Source: Mobula birostris
Lineage: Eukaryota
DNA: 64,000 nt
Assembly: GCF_030028105.1 (NCBI RefSeq)
Contig: NC_092374.1
Span: 90,734,491 to 90,798,490 of the forward strand
Direction of reading: 5' to 3'
Shown here: positions 22,463 through 36,225 of the stretch, piece after piece
Layout: every line of letters starts with the position of its first letter
Position numbering within the stretch: position 1 is the first letter of the stretch
Translations under genes and position numbers: made by a program
Notes under the pieces: generated by a model
Databases searched by the model: none
Told to the model about the DNA's origin: nothing
Seen by the model: only the letters and a program-made list of their open reading frames with translations

Positions 22463-24409
22463 TTTATTACACATGGATATTGGAATGGGATACCCTTCAA
22501 TTTTTTACACTGTTATCTAATGTACTGCAGCCGAATAACCGCTCCACCCTCCGGGTGGAGGGAGAACCCACACAGTCATATCAGAGAACATGCAAACTCC
22601 ACGCTAGTGGTCAGAATCAAACTTGAAGCAAGGCCACGGTACTAACTTTCCAAATTCCAGGTATGGCAGACATTCTTTTATTCGATTAATTTTATTTATT
22701 GAGGTATAGTGCAGAGTAGGCCCCTTCTGTGAGCCAAACCGCCCAGCAACCCCTGATTTAACCCCAGCCTAGTTACAGGACAACTCACAATGACCAATTA
22801 ACCTACTAACCGGTATGTCTTTGGACTATGGGAGGATACCAGAGCACCCAGGAGAAAACCCCCAGCATTCCTTGGGGAGGACACACAGACCCCTTACAGA
22901 AAACACCGGGATTGAACTCTAAACTTTGATGAGAAATACTTCCAAAGAGAGGGAGATAGCCGGTATAAAGAGGTGGGGGGAAGGGGATGGGAGGCATCAT
23001 TTTAAGGTGATTGGAGGGAAGTATAGGGGGTAATGTTAGAGGTAGGGTTTTTACACAGAATGGTGGGTGCATAATAGTGCAACACTAACCACTACACTAT
23101 GTTTCAAAGGTACATTTAATGCCAGACAAACGTATACAATATACATCCTGAAATACTTTTTCTTCACAACCATCCACGAAAACAGAGGAGTGCCCCAAAG
23201 AATGGATGGCAGTTAAATGTTAGAACCCCCAAAGCCCTCCCAGTTCCCCCTCCCACACGTAAGCAGCAGCAAAGCAACGATCTCACCAGCAAAAAAAACA
23301 TCGGCACCCCCCCCCCACAATGAGCACTCAAGCATGCAGCAAAGCATCAATAAAGACACAGACTTGCAGTACCCCAAAGACTACTCGATCACCCAGTAAT
23401 TCGACATACCACAGGCTCTCTCTCTCCCTAATAAGGGAAAAAGAGGTGTGTCCATTTCACAGCAAGAGGGGAGACATAACAAACAACTCGCTGCTTTACG
23501 ATGTTAACAGTCCTTTGTGTCACTTTTTCCAAGCTCTGTGCCCGAAGAACTTGGCTCTCTGGGCACACAGCCAGAGATCTGTCTCCCACAACACTGGTAG
23601 GCAGAGGATGGTGGAGGCTTTGAGGCAGCCAAGGGGAATCAGAGGTCTCCTAGAAACACATTAAGAGGATGGACAGTGAACAGATTTCCAGTTGCTTAAT
23701 TTCTGTTATCTCTTTAAGGAAATTAAAATAATTCGAAGGAGAGATTGGATAGGCTGACTGGAATATTGAAGGCTGAGGCATGACCTTAATGAACAGGGGT
23801 TCCCAACCTTTTATTAAGCCATGAACCCCTTCAATTTTGTGAGGATTGTTATAGAGGATTTTAAAACTAACAATCAGAGACCATATGACATAAGAGCAGA
23901 ATTAGGCCATTTGGCCCATTGAGTCTGTTCCAGTACTATGGGTGATTTATTAGCTCTCTCAACGCCATTCTTCTGCCTTCTCGTCAAATTGATGTCCTCA
24001 CTAATCAATAACCTATCAACCACCGCTTTGCATACACCCAATGGCTTGCCCTCTACAGCCATCTGTGGCATTTAGTTCCACAGATTCATCTCCCTTTGGC
24101 TAAAGAAATTGCTCCTTATCTCGGTTGTAAAGGGACGTCCTTCTTTTCTGAGGCTGTGCTCTCTGATTGTAGATTCACTCACTACTGGAAACATCTTCAC
24201 CACATTGATTCGATATAGGTTTTTCAATATTTGACAGTTTCAAAAAGATCCCTCTCCCCCATTCTTCTAAATCCAGCGAGTACAGGCTCGGAGCCATTAA
24301 AAGCTCCTCATACCTTAACCCTTTCAATTCCAGGATCATTCTCATGAACTTCCCTGGGATCCTCTCCAATGTCAGCAGATGCTTTCTTAGAAAAGGGGTC
24401 TAATTGGAC

Positions 24410-24600
24410 TTGGCTGCCGGCGCAATGACATCAGCGCCGGACCCGAGAGCGGAGGCTCCCGAGTTCGAACCCAGCTGGGTCCGCTCCCGAGTATGCTTTC
24501 CACCCATGCCGGGTTGAGATCGCAACTCGTAAAATAAAGGGAAATATGCTGCGAAATGTCTGTGTGAGGAGTGGCGCGCCACACAGTCTCTCTCTCTCTC
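24410..24600 (+). mobile_element. CpG-rich tRNA-headed SINE
   Basis: A-box-like TGGCTGCCGGCGCAATG and B-box GAGTTCGAACCC, without a consistent cloverleaf; ends in a (CT)n tract. Confidence 0.55.
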
Positions 24601-25034
24601 TGAGGTGTATCTGAGGGGTATTCTTCACACAAAGTGTGGTGGTTATCTGGAATAAGCTGACAAGATGAGGTGGTGCAGGTGCGGGCAGGTGTACAGCACT
24701 GTGCAAAAACAAAAACATCTTCGGCACATACCTACAGTTAGGGTGCCTAAGACTTTTGCACTGTTCTGTATTTGTCAACGTGGAGCAGAGAGCGGGTTTG
24801 GTGGAAGCAAAGGATGTTGGGAATGGTGAGGGTGAGGGGTGCGGGACGGGAGAGGGCATGCCGGGGTGGGGGGGAGGGGGTGTGGCACCGGTGCAGACAC
24901 ACCCAGCCCTGAGATACCAGGGAAGGTCATTTGATTCCAGCCAACTGGTTTATTGAGCGTTACAGAACGTCTCTCTGGTGCTTCTCATTCCTTCCCCTCT
25001 TCCCAATCATGATTCTCCTTCAATACACAACAGA

Positions 25035-25625
25035 GATACCGCACATTTTAATTCCACGTCCCATTCCCATTCTGATATGTCTATCCACGGCCTCCTCTAC
25101 TGTCAAGATGAAGCCACACCCAGGTTGGAGGAACAACAATATTCCGTCTGGGTAGCCTCCAACCTGATGGCATGAACATTGACTTCTCTAACTTCCGTCA
25201 ATGCCCCTCCTCCCCCTCGTACCCCATTCGCTATTTATATATATATATATATATACACACACACATATATATATATATATATTCTTTCTCTCTCTCTCTC
25301 CTTTTTCTCCCTCTGTCCCTCTCACTATACCCCTTGCCCATCCTCTGGGTTTTTCCCCCCTCCTCTTTTCTTTCTCCCTAGGCCTCCTGTCCCATGATCC
25401 TCTGATATTCCTTTTGCCAGTCAACTGTCCAGCTCTTGGCTCCATCCCTTCCCCTCCTGTCTTCTCCTACCAGTTTGGATCTCCCCCCCCCCCACTTTCA
25501 AATCTCTTACTAGCTCTTCTTTCAGTTAGTCTTGACAAAGGGTCTCGGCCCGAAACATCGACTGTACCTCTTCCTATAGTTGCTGCCTGGCCTGCTGCAT
25601 TCACCAGCAACTTTTATGTGTGTTA
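25035..25625 (+). mobile_element. Penelope 3' fragment with degenerate hammerhead and internal (TA)n(CA)n microsatellite
   Basis: HFNSTSHSHSDMSIHGLLYC matches 19670-19800. Core mutated to CTTGACAAAGGGTCTCGGCCCGAAACATC at about 25530. Confidence 0.85.
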
Positions 25626-26802
25626 CCCATATCAGTATCAATTTTATCATCAGTGCAAAACATAAAATTACTACAGAACTATACAAAAGTCTAAGGCAAC
25701 CTTGCTTTATAAATATGTGGCTAAGGGTTTTGTACAATACTGTAATTGCAGTGTTTCAAACGCATCTGGGTAGGAAAGATGTGGGGGAATACAAGTGTAA
25801 TCTTGGCAGTTTAATTGATGTAGCTAAAATCTCAGTTGACATGGATGAAGTGACATGTTTGAAATCCATGACTTGATGTGTCAGGGTGCTGAGTGTAAAC
25901 CCAGAGCTGATATATCACAGTTGTATAAGGTGTGTGGGTGGGACCACGTTTGCAATACTGTATTCCTCTGATTTGTGGTCTCCCTGCTGTCGGAAAGATG
26001 CGGCAAAGCTGGAAAGGGGATTTACGAGGATGTTGCTGAGACCCAAGGCTCTGAGTTGTGGAGAGAGGTTGAGCAGACTGGGGCGTTACTTACTGGAGAG
26101 TAAGAGAATGAAGGGTGGCCTTGCAAAGGTGTATAAAATCACGAGGGGTATGGATAGGGTGAATGCACGCACTCTTTTTCCCAGGACTGGAAAATCAGGA
26201 ACTAGAAGGCATGCTGTAGATTTGAGGTGAGAGGTGAGGTTTGATAGCAACTTGAAAGGCATCTTTCTCACCCTGCAGGTGGTCAGTAAATGGAACAAGC
26301 TGCCAGAGGAAGAAGTTGAGGCAGATACATTCACAACGTTTGCAAGACACGTGCATGCATAGGAAAGGTTTAGAGAGATGTGGGCCCAAAGCTGACAAGT
26401 GGACTGGGTTAGTTGGGAATCTTAGTCAGCATGGACCAGTTAGGCCAACGGGCCTGTTCTGTCCTGTCTGACTCTATGACTGTAATTCTCTGTATAACTC
26501 CAGCTGAAGCCAGATTCAGGGGAGAAGCAGCCTCTGTGAAAATGTTAAATAACTCACGCAGACACCAGTGTTATACAGACTCAGGACTCTGATCTGAATG
26601 GAGAGCAACAACAACAAGTGTGGCTGGCTGTTTTAACTCTGAGTCTGTAACCTCTGCCCAACAGCGGACCCTGAAATAATTCATCTGCCATGAAGTTCTG
26701 CTGCTCTGCTTTTTATAGATGCTGGTCAGTCAATGGCAGGTTCACTGTTAGCCAAAGGGTCATGAGTTCCAGTCCAACTCTGGGTTTCGAGCACCAATGT
26801 CC

Positions 26803-29773
26803 AGGATGGTCCCACATACACACTCACCCACACTGGAGGTTGGGTCCCACATACACACTGACCCACACTGGAGGTTGGGTCCCACATACACACTGGCCCA
26901 CACTGGAGGTTGGGTCCCACATATACACTCACCCTCACTGGAGGTTAGGTCCCAAATACACACTGACCCACACTGGAGGTTGGGTCCCACATACACACTG
27001 ACCCACACTGGAGGTTGGGTCCCACATACACACCTCCACTGGAGGTTGGGTCCCACATACACACTCACCCTCACTGGAGGTTGGGTCCCACATACACACT
27101 CACCCACACTGGAGGTTGGGTCCCACATACACACTCACCCTCACTGGAGGTTGGGTCCCAAATACACACTGGCCCACACTGGAGGTTGGGTCCCACATAC
27201 ACACTGACCCTCACTGGAGGTTGGGTCCCACATACACACTCACCCTCACTGGAGGTTGGGTCCCACATACACACTGACCCACACTGGAGGTTGGGTCCCA
27301 CATACGCACCTCCACTGGAGGTTGGGTCCCACATACACACTCACCCTCACTGGAGGTTGGGTCCCACATACACACTCACCCACACTGGAGGTTGGGTCCC
27401 ACATACACACTCACCCTCACTGGAGGTTGGGTCCCAAATACACACTGGCCCACACTGGAGGTTGGGTCCCACATACACACTGACCCTCACTGGAGGTTGG
27501 GTCCCACATACACACTCACCCTCACTGGAGGTTGGGTCCCACATACACACTGACCCACACTGGAGGTTGGGTCCCACATACACACTGACCCACACTGGAG
27601 GTTGGGTCCCACATACACACCTCCACTGGAGGTTGGGTCCCACATACACACTCACCCTCACTGGAGGTTGGGTCCCACATACACACTGACCCACACTGGA
27701 GGTTGGGTCCCACATACACACCCCCACTGGAGGTTGGGTCCCACATACACACTCACCCTCACTGGAGGATGGGTCCCACATACACACTCACCCTCACTGG
27801 AGGTTGGGTCCCACATACACACTGACCCACACTGGAGGTTGGGTCCCACATACACACTGTCCCTTACTGGAGGTTGGGTCCCACATACACACCCGCACTG
27901 GAGGTTGGGTCCCACACATAGACACTGACCCTCACTGGAGGTTGGGTCCCACATACACACTCACCCTCACTGGAGGTTGGGTCCCACATACACACTGACC
28001 CACACTGGAGGTTGGGTCCCACATACACACTGACCCACACTGGAGGTTGGGTCCCACATACACACTGACCCACACTGGAGGTTGGGTCCCACATACACAC
28101 TGACCCACACTGGAGGTTGGGTCCCACATACACACTGGCCCACACTGGAGGTTGGGTCCCACATATACACTCACCCTCACTGGAGGTTAGGTCCCAAATA
28201 CACACTGACCCACACTGGAGGTTGGGTCCCACATACACACTGACCCACACTGGAGGTTGGGTCCCACATACACACCTCCACTGGAGGTTGGGTCCCACAT
28301 ACACACTCACCCTCACTGGAGGTTGGGTCCCACATACACACTCACCCACACTGGAGGTTGGGTCCCACATACACACTCACCCTCACTGGAGGTTGGGTCC
28401 CAAATACACACTGGCCCACACTGGAGGTTGGGTCCCACATACACACTGACCCTCACTGGAGGTTGGGTCCCACATACACACTCACCCTCACTGGAGGTTG
28501 GGTCCCACATACACACTGACCCACACTGGAGGTTGGGTCCCACATACGCACCTCCACTGGAGGTTGGGTCCCACATACACACTCACCCTCACTGGAGGTT
28601 GGGTCCCACATACACACTCACCCACACTGGAGGTTGGGTCCCACATACACACTCACCCTCACTGGAGGTTGGGTCCCAAATACACACTGGCCCACACTGG
28701 AGGTTGGGTCCCACATACACACTGACCCTCACTGGAGGTTGGGTCCCACATACACACTCACCCTCACTGGAGGTTGGGTCCCACATACACACTGACCCAC
28801 ACTGGAGGTTGGGTCCCACATACACACTGACCCACACTGGAGGTTGGGTCCCACATACACACCTCCACTGGAGGTTGGGTCCCACATACACACTCACCCT
28901 CACTGGAGGTTGGGTCCCACATACACACTGACCCACACTGGAGGTTGGGTCCCACATACACACCCCCACTGGAGGTTGGGTCCCACATACACACTCACCC
29001 TCACTGGAGGATGGGTCCCACATACACACTCACCCTCACTGGAGGTTGGGTCCCACATACACACTGACCCACACTGGAGGTTGGGTCCCACATACACACT
29101 GTCCCTTACTGGAGGTTGGGTCCCACATACACACCCGCACTGGAGGTTGGGTCCCACACATAGACACTGACCCTCACTGGAGGTTGGGTCCCACATACAC
29201 ACTCACCCTCACTGGAGGTTGGGTCCCACATACACACTGACCCACACTGGAGGTTGGGTCCCACATACACACTGACCCACACTGGAGGTTGGGTCCCACA
29301 TACACACTGACCCTCACTGGAGGTTGGGTCCCACATACACACTCACCCTCACTGTAGGTTATGTCCCACATACACACTGACCCACACTGGAGGTTGGGCT
29401 CCACATACACACTGACCCACACTGGAGGTTGGGTCCCACACATAGACACTGACCCTCACTGGAGGTTGTGTCCCACATACACACTCACCCTCACTGTAGG
29501 TTAGGTCCCACATACACACTGACCCACACTGGAGGTTGGACTCCACATACACACTGACCCACACTGGAGGTTGGGTCTCACACATAGACACTGACCCTCA
29601 CTGGAGGTTGGGTCCCACACATAGACACTGACCCTCACTGGAGGTTGGGTCCCACACATAGACACTGACCCTCACTGGAGGTTGGGTCCCACATACACAC
29701 TGTCCCTTACTGGAGGTTGGGTCCCACATACACACCCGCACTGGAGGTTGGGTCCCACATACACACTCACCTT
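26803..29773 (+). repeat. 35-bp minisatellite (about 85 units) containing a 1242-bp higher-order duplication
   Basis: Unit TGGAGGTTGGGTCCCACATACACACT(G/C)ACCC(A/T)CAC with 29-bp variants. Identical ORF-track peptides at offsets of 1242 (27015/28257, 27602/28844, 27804/29046). Confidence 0.95.
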
Positions 29774-29829
29774 CACCAGGGTTTCACACACACAGAATAA
29801 CACTCACTGGGGTACAGTCTCTCTGTCTG

Positions 29830-29939
29830 TCTCTCTCACTCTCTCTCTCTCTCTCTCTCAGACACACATTGACCTTCACTAGGGGACAGTTCCCACACAC
29901 TCACAAACTGACCGTCACTAGGAGACAGTCCCCTCCCTA

Positions 29940-29982
<43 letters not shown>

Positions 29983-30048
29983 AACACACACAGATCCTCT
30001 CCGGGGGAAGGTCCCACACACACACAAACTGACTGTCACCAGGAGACA

Positions 30049-30099
<51 letters not shown>

Positions 30100-30136
30100 G
30101 CGCACAGATTGCACAGATTGTCTCCGGGGGAAAGGT

Positions 30137-30170
<34 letters not shown>

Positions 30171-30480
30171 AACCGGCCGTCACCAGGATACAGTCCACAC
30201 ATATACTGACCTTCACTAAAGGACAGTTCCCACACACACTCCCAAACTGACTGCCACCAGGAGACAGTTCCACACACAAACACACAGATCCACTCTGGGA
30301 GAAAGGTCCCACGCACACACACTGACAAACCGACTGTCACCAAGAGGCAGTATCTCTCTCTCTCTCCATATATATATATATATCGATATCTCTATCTTTC
30401 TATCTCTCTCTCTATATCTCTACCTCTCTATCTCTCTATATATATCTCTCTCTATATCTGTCTCTCTACATCTCTCAGAT
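29830..30480 (+). repeat. Degenerate repeat with (CA)n, (CT)n and (TA) microsatellites flanking the 35-bp array
   Basis: Recurrent CACAAACTGACYGTCACYAGGAGACAG motif with interspersed dinucleotide runs. Confidence 0.8.
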
Positions 30481-31937
30481 ATTTCCCTACAACCATCAGG
30501 CTCCTGAACCAGCAAGGATAACTTCTCTCACCCCAACAATGAATTGATTCCACGAACTCCGCACTCACTTTCAAGGATTTTACAACTCATGTTCTCAGTA
30601 TTATTTGTCTTCTTTTGCATATTGGTTGTTGGTCAGTCTTTGTTCATGTATAATTTTTGAAAAATATTATTGCTTTTCTTTATTCCCAATATCTGCCGTA
30701 AAATGAATCGCAGGGTAGTATATGGTGACATACACATACTCTGCAAAATCCATAGGCTCATATATATTGCAGCATACTCTAGTGATTTTATGTTTTGCAC
30801 TGTACTTTTGCACAAAATAAAAAGATATTTCATGACATATGTAAGTGATGATAAACCTGATTCTGATCTGGGTCTCTATTGTGGACTGAGAGTGGGAAGG
30901 GGTCAGGGAGAGGGGAATCATGGTTGGGAAAAGGGGAAGGGAGAGGGGAGGGAGTGGGAAGCACCAGACAGACAATCTGTAATGATCAATAAACCAATTG
31001 TTTGGGATCAAATGACCTTGCCTGGCTTCTCAGGACTGGGTGTGCTTGCACCTGTGCCACCCCTCACCCCTGGCACTCCTTCTCTGCCACCTGTCCCACA
31101 CTCCTCCCACCCTCACCATTCCCAACACCCTTTGCTCCTGCCAGATTTACAAACTCGCTCTCTGCTCCACATTCACAAATACATCACCATGCAAGAGTCT
31201 TAGGCACCCTAGCTTTATATACTGTATGTGCCTGAGACTTTTGCACAGAGCTGTCTATGTACTTTGACTTAACATTGAGAGAGAAATTCTGACCACCTTC
31301 ACATTCCATCAACCCTACCATCAGCATCTTGTGGGGCGGGAGGGGAGTCACACCATTGCCAGAAACTCAAACAGACCTACAGGAGCAGGACCAAAGTTGG
31401 GGATCCTGTGGGGAAGGTCTGACCTCCTCCTAAGGCTTTTCCCCCATCTACAAGGCACCGGTCAGAAGTACGACAGGACATGCTCCACCTGCCTTGGTCA
31501 GTGTGGTTCCAGCAGATCTCGAAAGGCTCAATACTGTCCAGCCCTCCCCCTTGTTTGGGGCCCCATCCACCCACTAAACACTCCCTCCTCCACCGTGGCT
31601 GCAGTATGTACTGTCTACAAAATCCTTCATGGTTCATCACCCAGGTTACATGAGCAGCCCCTCTCAAACCCCTCACCTCTCTCATCGGGCAGAACAAGGA
31701 CAAGAAGGTACAAGCGACATGGGCCACCTGTGGGTTCTGCAGGTCCCACACCATCCTGACTGGGAAATATTTCATTCTTCCGTCACTATCACCGGCTCCA
31801 AATTGTGGACCGCCCTCTCCGACAGCACTGTGAAAGGCCCTTCAGCAGAAGGACAGCAGCTGGCCAAGAAGGCAGCTCGCACCCACCCTTTGAACGGTCA
31901 TTTCGGGATGGGCACAAAATATGGCCAGTCATAGAGC

Positions 31938-32704
31938 TGCTATGGCTCAGCAGCAATTGAGATGAACACCAGTTGAGCTTTTATAAAATAAACAACGACA
32001 TTTATTAACCTCTACTCAAATACAAAAAAAATGGATCAGTAAATGAACGATTAACTTAAACGAATGTTAACAATGTTATGCTTCTATAGTTATCAAACGG
32101 TCGAACTTAAAGACAATTCTCAACAGATCTCATTTATGCACAGTCTCAAGGTGGTAGTTTACTAAGTCTATATGATTTATGAAATAACTGAGAGGAGAGA
32201 CTTCCCGAACCTTGCAATGAAAAGTCAAAACTGCTGACGCCGGTTCCAGCCGAGAAATACCTTTTCCGAAGTTATGACGCAGAATACGAGTTCTCAAAGT
32301 AACTGACCTTTCTGCCGGAAGCGGTCATCACACAGTACCCAAACCATGTCAGCATTAACAAAACGTGCGTGCCACGTACAGACAGTTCCAAGTGTCAGTG
32401 ACACCCGTAATGCGCCGAGTGCCGCTGGTTAACCCCAATCTCTCTGGAGTTCGCTTGGATTCTTTACTCTCACTCTCTCTTCTTCTCCGATGGTGTAACT
32501 ACCAATGATGAGTTCCCACCAAAACGAACTGTGCAACAACTGTGGTCTTCTCATATACCAGTTAGAACATACCATCACTTGACATCACGTCAGCCCACTA
32601 TCACAAGACAATTACATCATTCTAATGGCTCAAGACCATTACATCATTTCAGTAGCATAAGGCAATTACATCATATTCATGAGATACTCACGGGATATGT
32701 AACA
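31938..32704 (-). mobile_element. Probable solo LTR
   Basis: TG...CA termini, flanks GAGC/AAGC (3 of 4 match), reverse-strand AATAAA near 32000. Confidence 0.5.
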
Positions 32705-34458
32705 AAGCACTACGGCACAGTGGCCCTTTGGCCCACCTAGTTCATGCTGACCCGATTTTTCAGCCTGGTCACATCTATCCGCACACACACTACAGCTCTC
32801 CATAGCACTCTTATCCAAGCTTCTCTTAAATGTTGCATTTGAGCCTGCATTCATAACTTCTGTGTGTTGCACTCTCACCGCCCTCTGAGTGAAGAAGTTC
32901 CCCCCCACCTCAGGTTCCCTTAAATACTTCACCTTTCAATTTAATCCTGTAACTTCTAGTTCCCGTGTCAATAAGCTGAGGCATGTATTTCCCTTTTCTA
33001 TAGCCCTCATAGTTTGTTTGCCTCCATAAGTTCACCACTCATTCTCATGCACTCTAGGGAATAAAGTCCAAACCGATTCAGCCTTGCCCTATAATCAAAA
33101 CCTGGCAACACCCTTGTAAGTTTTCTCTGCACTCTGTCAATTGTATTGATATCTCCCTGTAGGTAGGTGACTGGAACTGTGCACAAAGCTCCAAGTTCGA
33201 CCTCACCGATGTCTGATACAACTTCAACATAACATCCCGACAGGCCACTGTGCCAAAAAAGTTCAAAGTAAATTTATTATCAAAGTACAAACTCATCACC
33301 ATTGAAAGGCTTCTTTATGACTCTATCCACCTGTGATGCCACTTTGATGGAATTATGGGTCTATATCCCCAGATTCCTTTGATCATACTCTGGTTGAACT
33401 TACACCGCCTTGAAAATGAAAATAGGATTGACATTTTTATATAAATATCAGGTTCACATATTACAAGGCATCTTGAGGAAATCGCTTCTGACCACAGACG
33501 CTGAGTCAACCCACACATGATTCGGAGCATGACTGTGGTGATTACATAGACCTCACTCTGTTGCAACTTCTTCCAACGACTGTTGCAGAATTAGATAATG
33601 TTTTGACAACCATGCTTTTTGCAGAAGATCCCCTCCATACGTGGAGGCCCTTGTTAACCAACACCGCCCAGGCTGACTGATCCTCAATAAAATCCTTCAA
33701 AAATATCAACTCAGTTTGATACGGAAACCACCCACACTTCCGTATAACAAAGACCTTAATGGTTATACCATTTCTTCAGGTAAAAACTCTTAGCAGACGC
33801 TTCCCAATGATGCATTCCACTCTGAGGGGCCTTCGGCTCGAAAGTCGATTGTTTATTCTGTCCCTACCATCCATCAGGGACTCTTATCAGGGCCCTTGGT
33901 ATTAGTAAGGATCCCACCCATCCATCCATCATCCTCTTTGACTTTCTACCATCAGGCAGGAGATTCCAATACATCAAGACAAGAACGGTCAGGATGGGAA
34001 ACAAATTCTTCCCTCAGGCCATTAGGCTTCTCAAATGCCTGCAGCAATGCATGTGAAGTGTCACTGGATAATTTGTACTGTACCATACTTTATGCACTTC
34101 AGCACATTGTTTATCTATGCATAATTAATTTGTAGATTTAATTCTTACTTTCCCATGTTATTGTGTTGTAAGTGTGTTATGTGTACTACTGCGCTTTACA
34201 CCCTAGTCTGGAGAAACATGTTTCATTCGACGGTATACATGTATATGGTTAAATACAATAAACTTGAGTTGACTTATTCCCCTCCATAGATGCTGTTACC
34301 TGAGCTCCTGCGTTTCTCCAGCATTTTCTGTGATTTGACTACATTTGTCCCTTTGGCTCTACAAACATAGAACAGCACAGGCTCTTCAGTCCATAATGTT
34401 GTGCTGATTTTTTAACCTACTCTAAGTTCAACCTAACCCTTCCCTCCCACATACGGTT

Positions 34459-34515
34459 CTGTGCAAAAGTCTTAGGCACATTTATACAGCCAGGGTGCCT
34501 AAGACTTTTGCACAG
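34459..34515. mobile_element. Ultra-short Tc1/mariner-like MITE hairpin
   Basis: Perfect 21-bp inverted arms CTGTGCAAAAGTCTTAGGCAC / GTGCCTAAGACTTTTGCACAG with a 15-nt spacer. Degenerate copies at about 24700-24770, 25670-25745, 31190-31250 and 36120-36172; several are flanked by TA. Confidence 0.65.
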
Positions 34516-35029
34516 TACTGCATTTGTCAACGTGGAGTTGAGAGTGAGTTTTCAAAACTGGCAGGAGAAAAGGATGTTGGATGCGAGGGTGGAGCGAAGT
34601 GGGAGCGGGGTGCAACATGTGGCAGAGAAGGAGTGCCAGAGACGGGGGGAGGAGGTGGTGTAGATACAGATTCACCCAGCCCTGAGACACAAGGCAAGGT
34701 CATTTGATTCCAAACAATTGGTTTATTGATTATGAAACAGGCTCACCTCTTTTTCCCTTATTAGGGAGAGAGAGCACCTGTGGTATGTCGAATTACCAGG
34801 TGAATGAGTAGTCTTAGGGGTACTGCAAGTCTGTGTCTTTATTGATGCTTTGCTGCATGCTTGAGTGCTTGGTTGGGGGTGCCGATGATTTTTTGCTTGT
34901 AGGGGAGGGGAGGTCGTTATTTTGCTGCTGCTTATGCGTGGGAGGAGAGAGTCGGCGGGGCTTTGGGGAATCTAACAGTTAACTGTCATTCATTCTTTGG
35001 GGCACTCCTCTGTTTTTGTGGACGTCTGT

Positions 35030-35857
35030 TGTTACGCACCCTGTAACTGGGTTGCCAAACCAGCAGAAATGGACCACTTAGTTGGAGTCTGGATTACTGG
35101 AACTAAGAAAGTTTTATTAAAGAAATAAGCAACACAGTACTCTAATAGTAAGGATATAAATGCAACAGGTTAGCAATGATAAAACACACATGTACACGGA
35201 ACTATGATAATAGGGTCAATCAAGCTCTATCGCAGTCTAGGGATAAATGACCAGTTTCAAATGACGCAAAGTTCAGTTCAGTTCACAGTAATCACTGTTG
35301 TGCCGTTGGGGCGGAGAGAAGAGAGAGAACGAATGAATATGCAAATCGGATTCCAAACAGACCTTCGATATTCCTCACAGTTAGCTTTCGGGCGAGCCCT
35401 TTGTAATGTCTTCTGAGGTCACCGACTGTGACTCCTCCGTTCCAGATACGATCGTTCTTCTGCGGTGAACCTGGCACCCAGGTAAGGGCGAACACACACA
35501 CCAGGTTCCCGCCCGACTGTATCTTTCCACCCTGTGCATCTATGGCTGGTCCCGCGACCAGACCTCCAAAAACTCCCACCAAGTTGTGGGTGCACACCGC
35601 TTCCAGGGTCTCGTTACCTCGTGGTGTCATGTGTCTGTTGCCTTAGCGAACCTGTCCCTTTTTATCCCCCTGCTGGGGTATCGCCTGTCCATCAGACTTC
35701 AAACAGTTCAGGGTTCAAATCCACCGATCACTGACAATACTCAGAACCGTGTCTCCTTTCGGTAATCCCTCTCGTCTCTCTAGTATTAGCACCTTGCATG
35801 TTCCCCCATTGTCCTCTTATCGGCATCAATCTTCTGATAACCGGTTCTTTTATCACA
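35030..35857 (-). mobile_element. Solo LTR family B copy 1
   Basis: TGTTA...TCACA termini, exact 4-bp TSD CTGT, inserted into a copy of the dispersed repeat; clearly homologous to 44853-45703. Confidence 0.85.
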
Positions 35858-36225
35858 CTGTGAAGAAAAAGAATTTCAGGATATATATTGTCTACATTTC
35901 TCTGACATTAAATGTACCTCTTGAAACCTATTGATTACAGAATGTCTCTCTGGTGCCTCCTGCTCTCTCCCCTCTCCCCTCCCCTTTATCCAACTGTGAT
36001 TCCTCTCTCCCTGCCCCCTTCTCACTCTCAGTCCATAATAGAAAACCCATAACAGAATCTGATTGATCATCACTCACATATGTCATGAAATTTGGATATT
36101 TTTGTGGCATATAATTACTACAGTACTGTACAAAAATCTTAGGTACCCTAGCTACACATTTTGCACAGTACTGTAACTCTCCATTTTTCTATCATCCATG
36201 TGCCTATCTAATGGTCTCTTAAGTG

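Noticed and set aside
24410-24485. tRNA gene
   Set aside because: A/B boxes are present but anticodon, T and acceptor stems do not pair; SINE head.
26690-29882. Many ORFs with repeated HWRLGPTYT / CGTQPP peptides
   Set aside because: Translations of the 35-bp minisatellite in all frames; no splice or start context.
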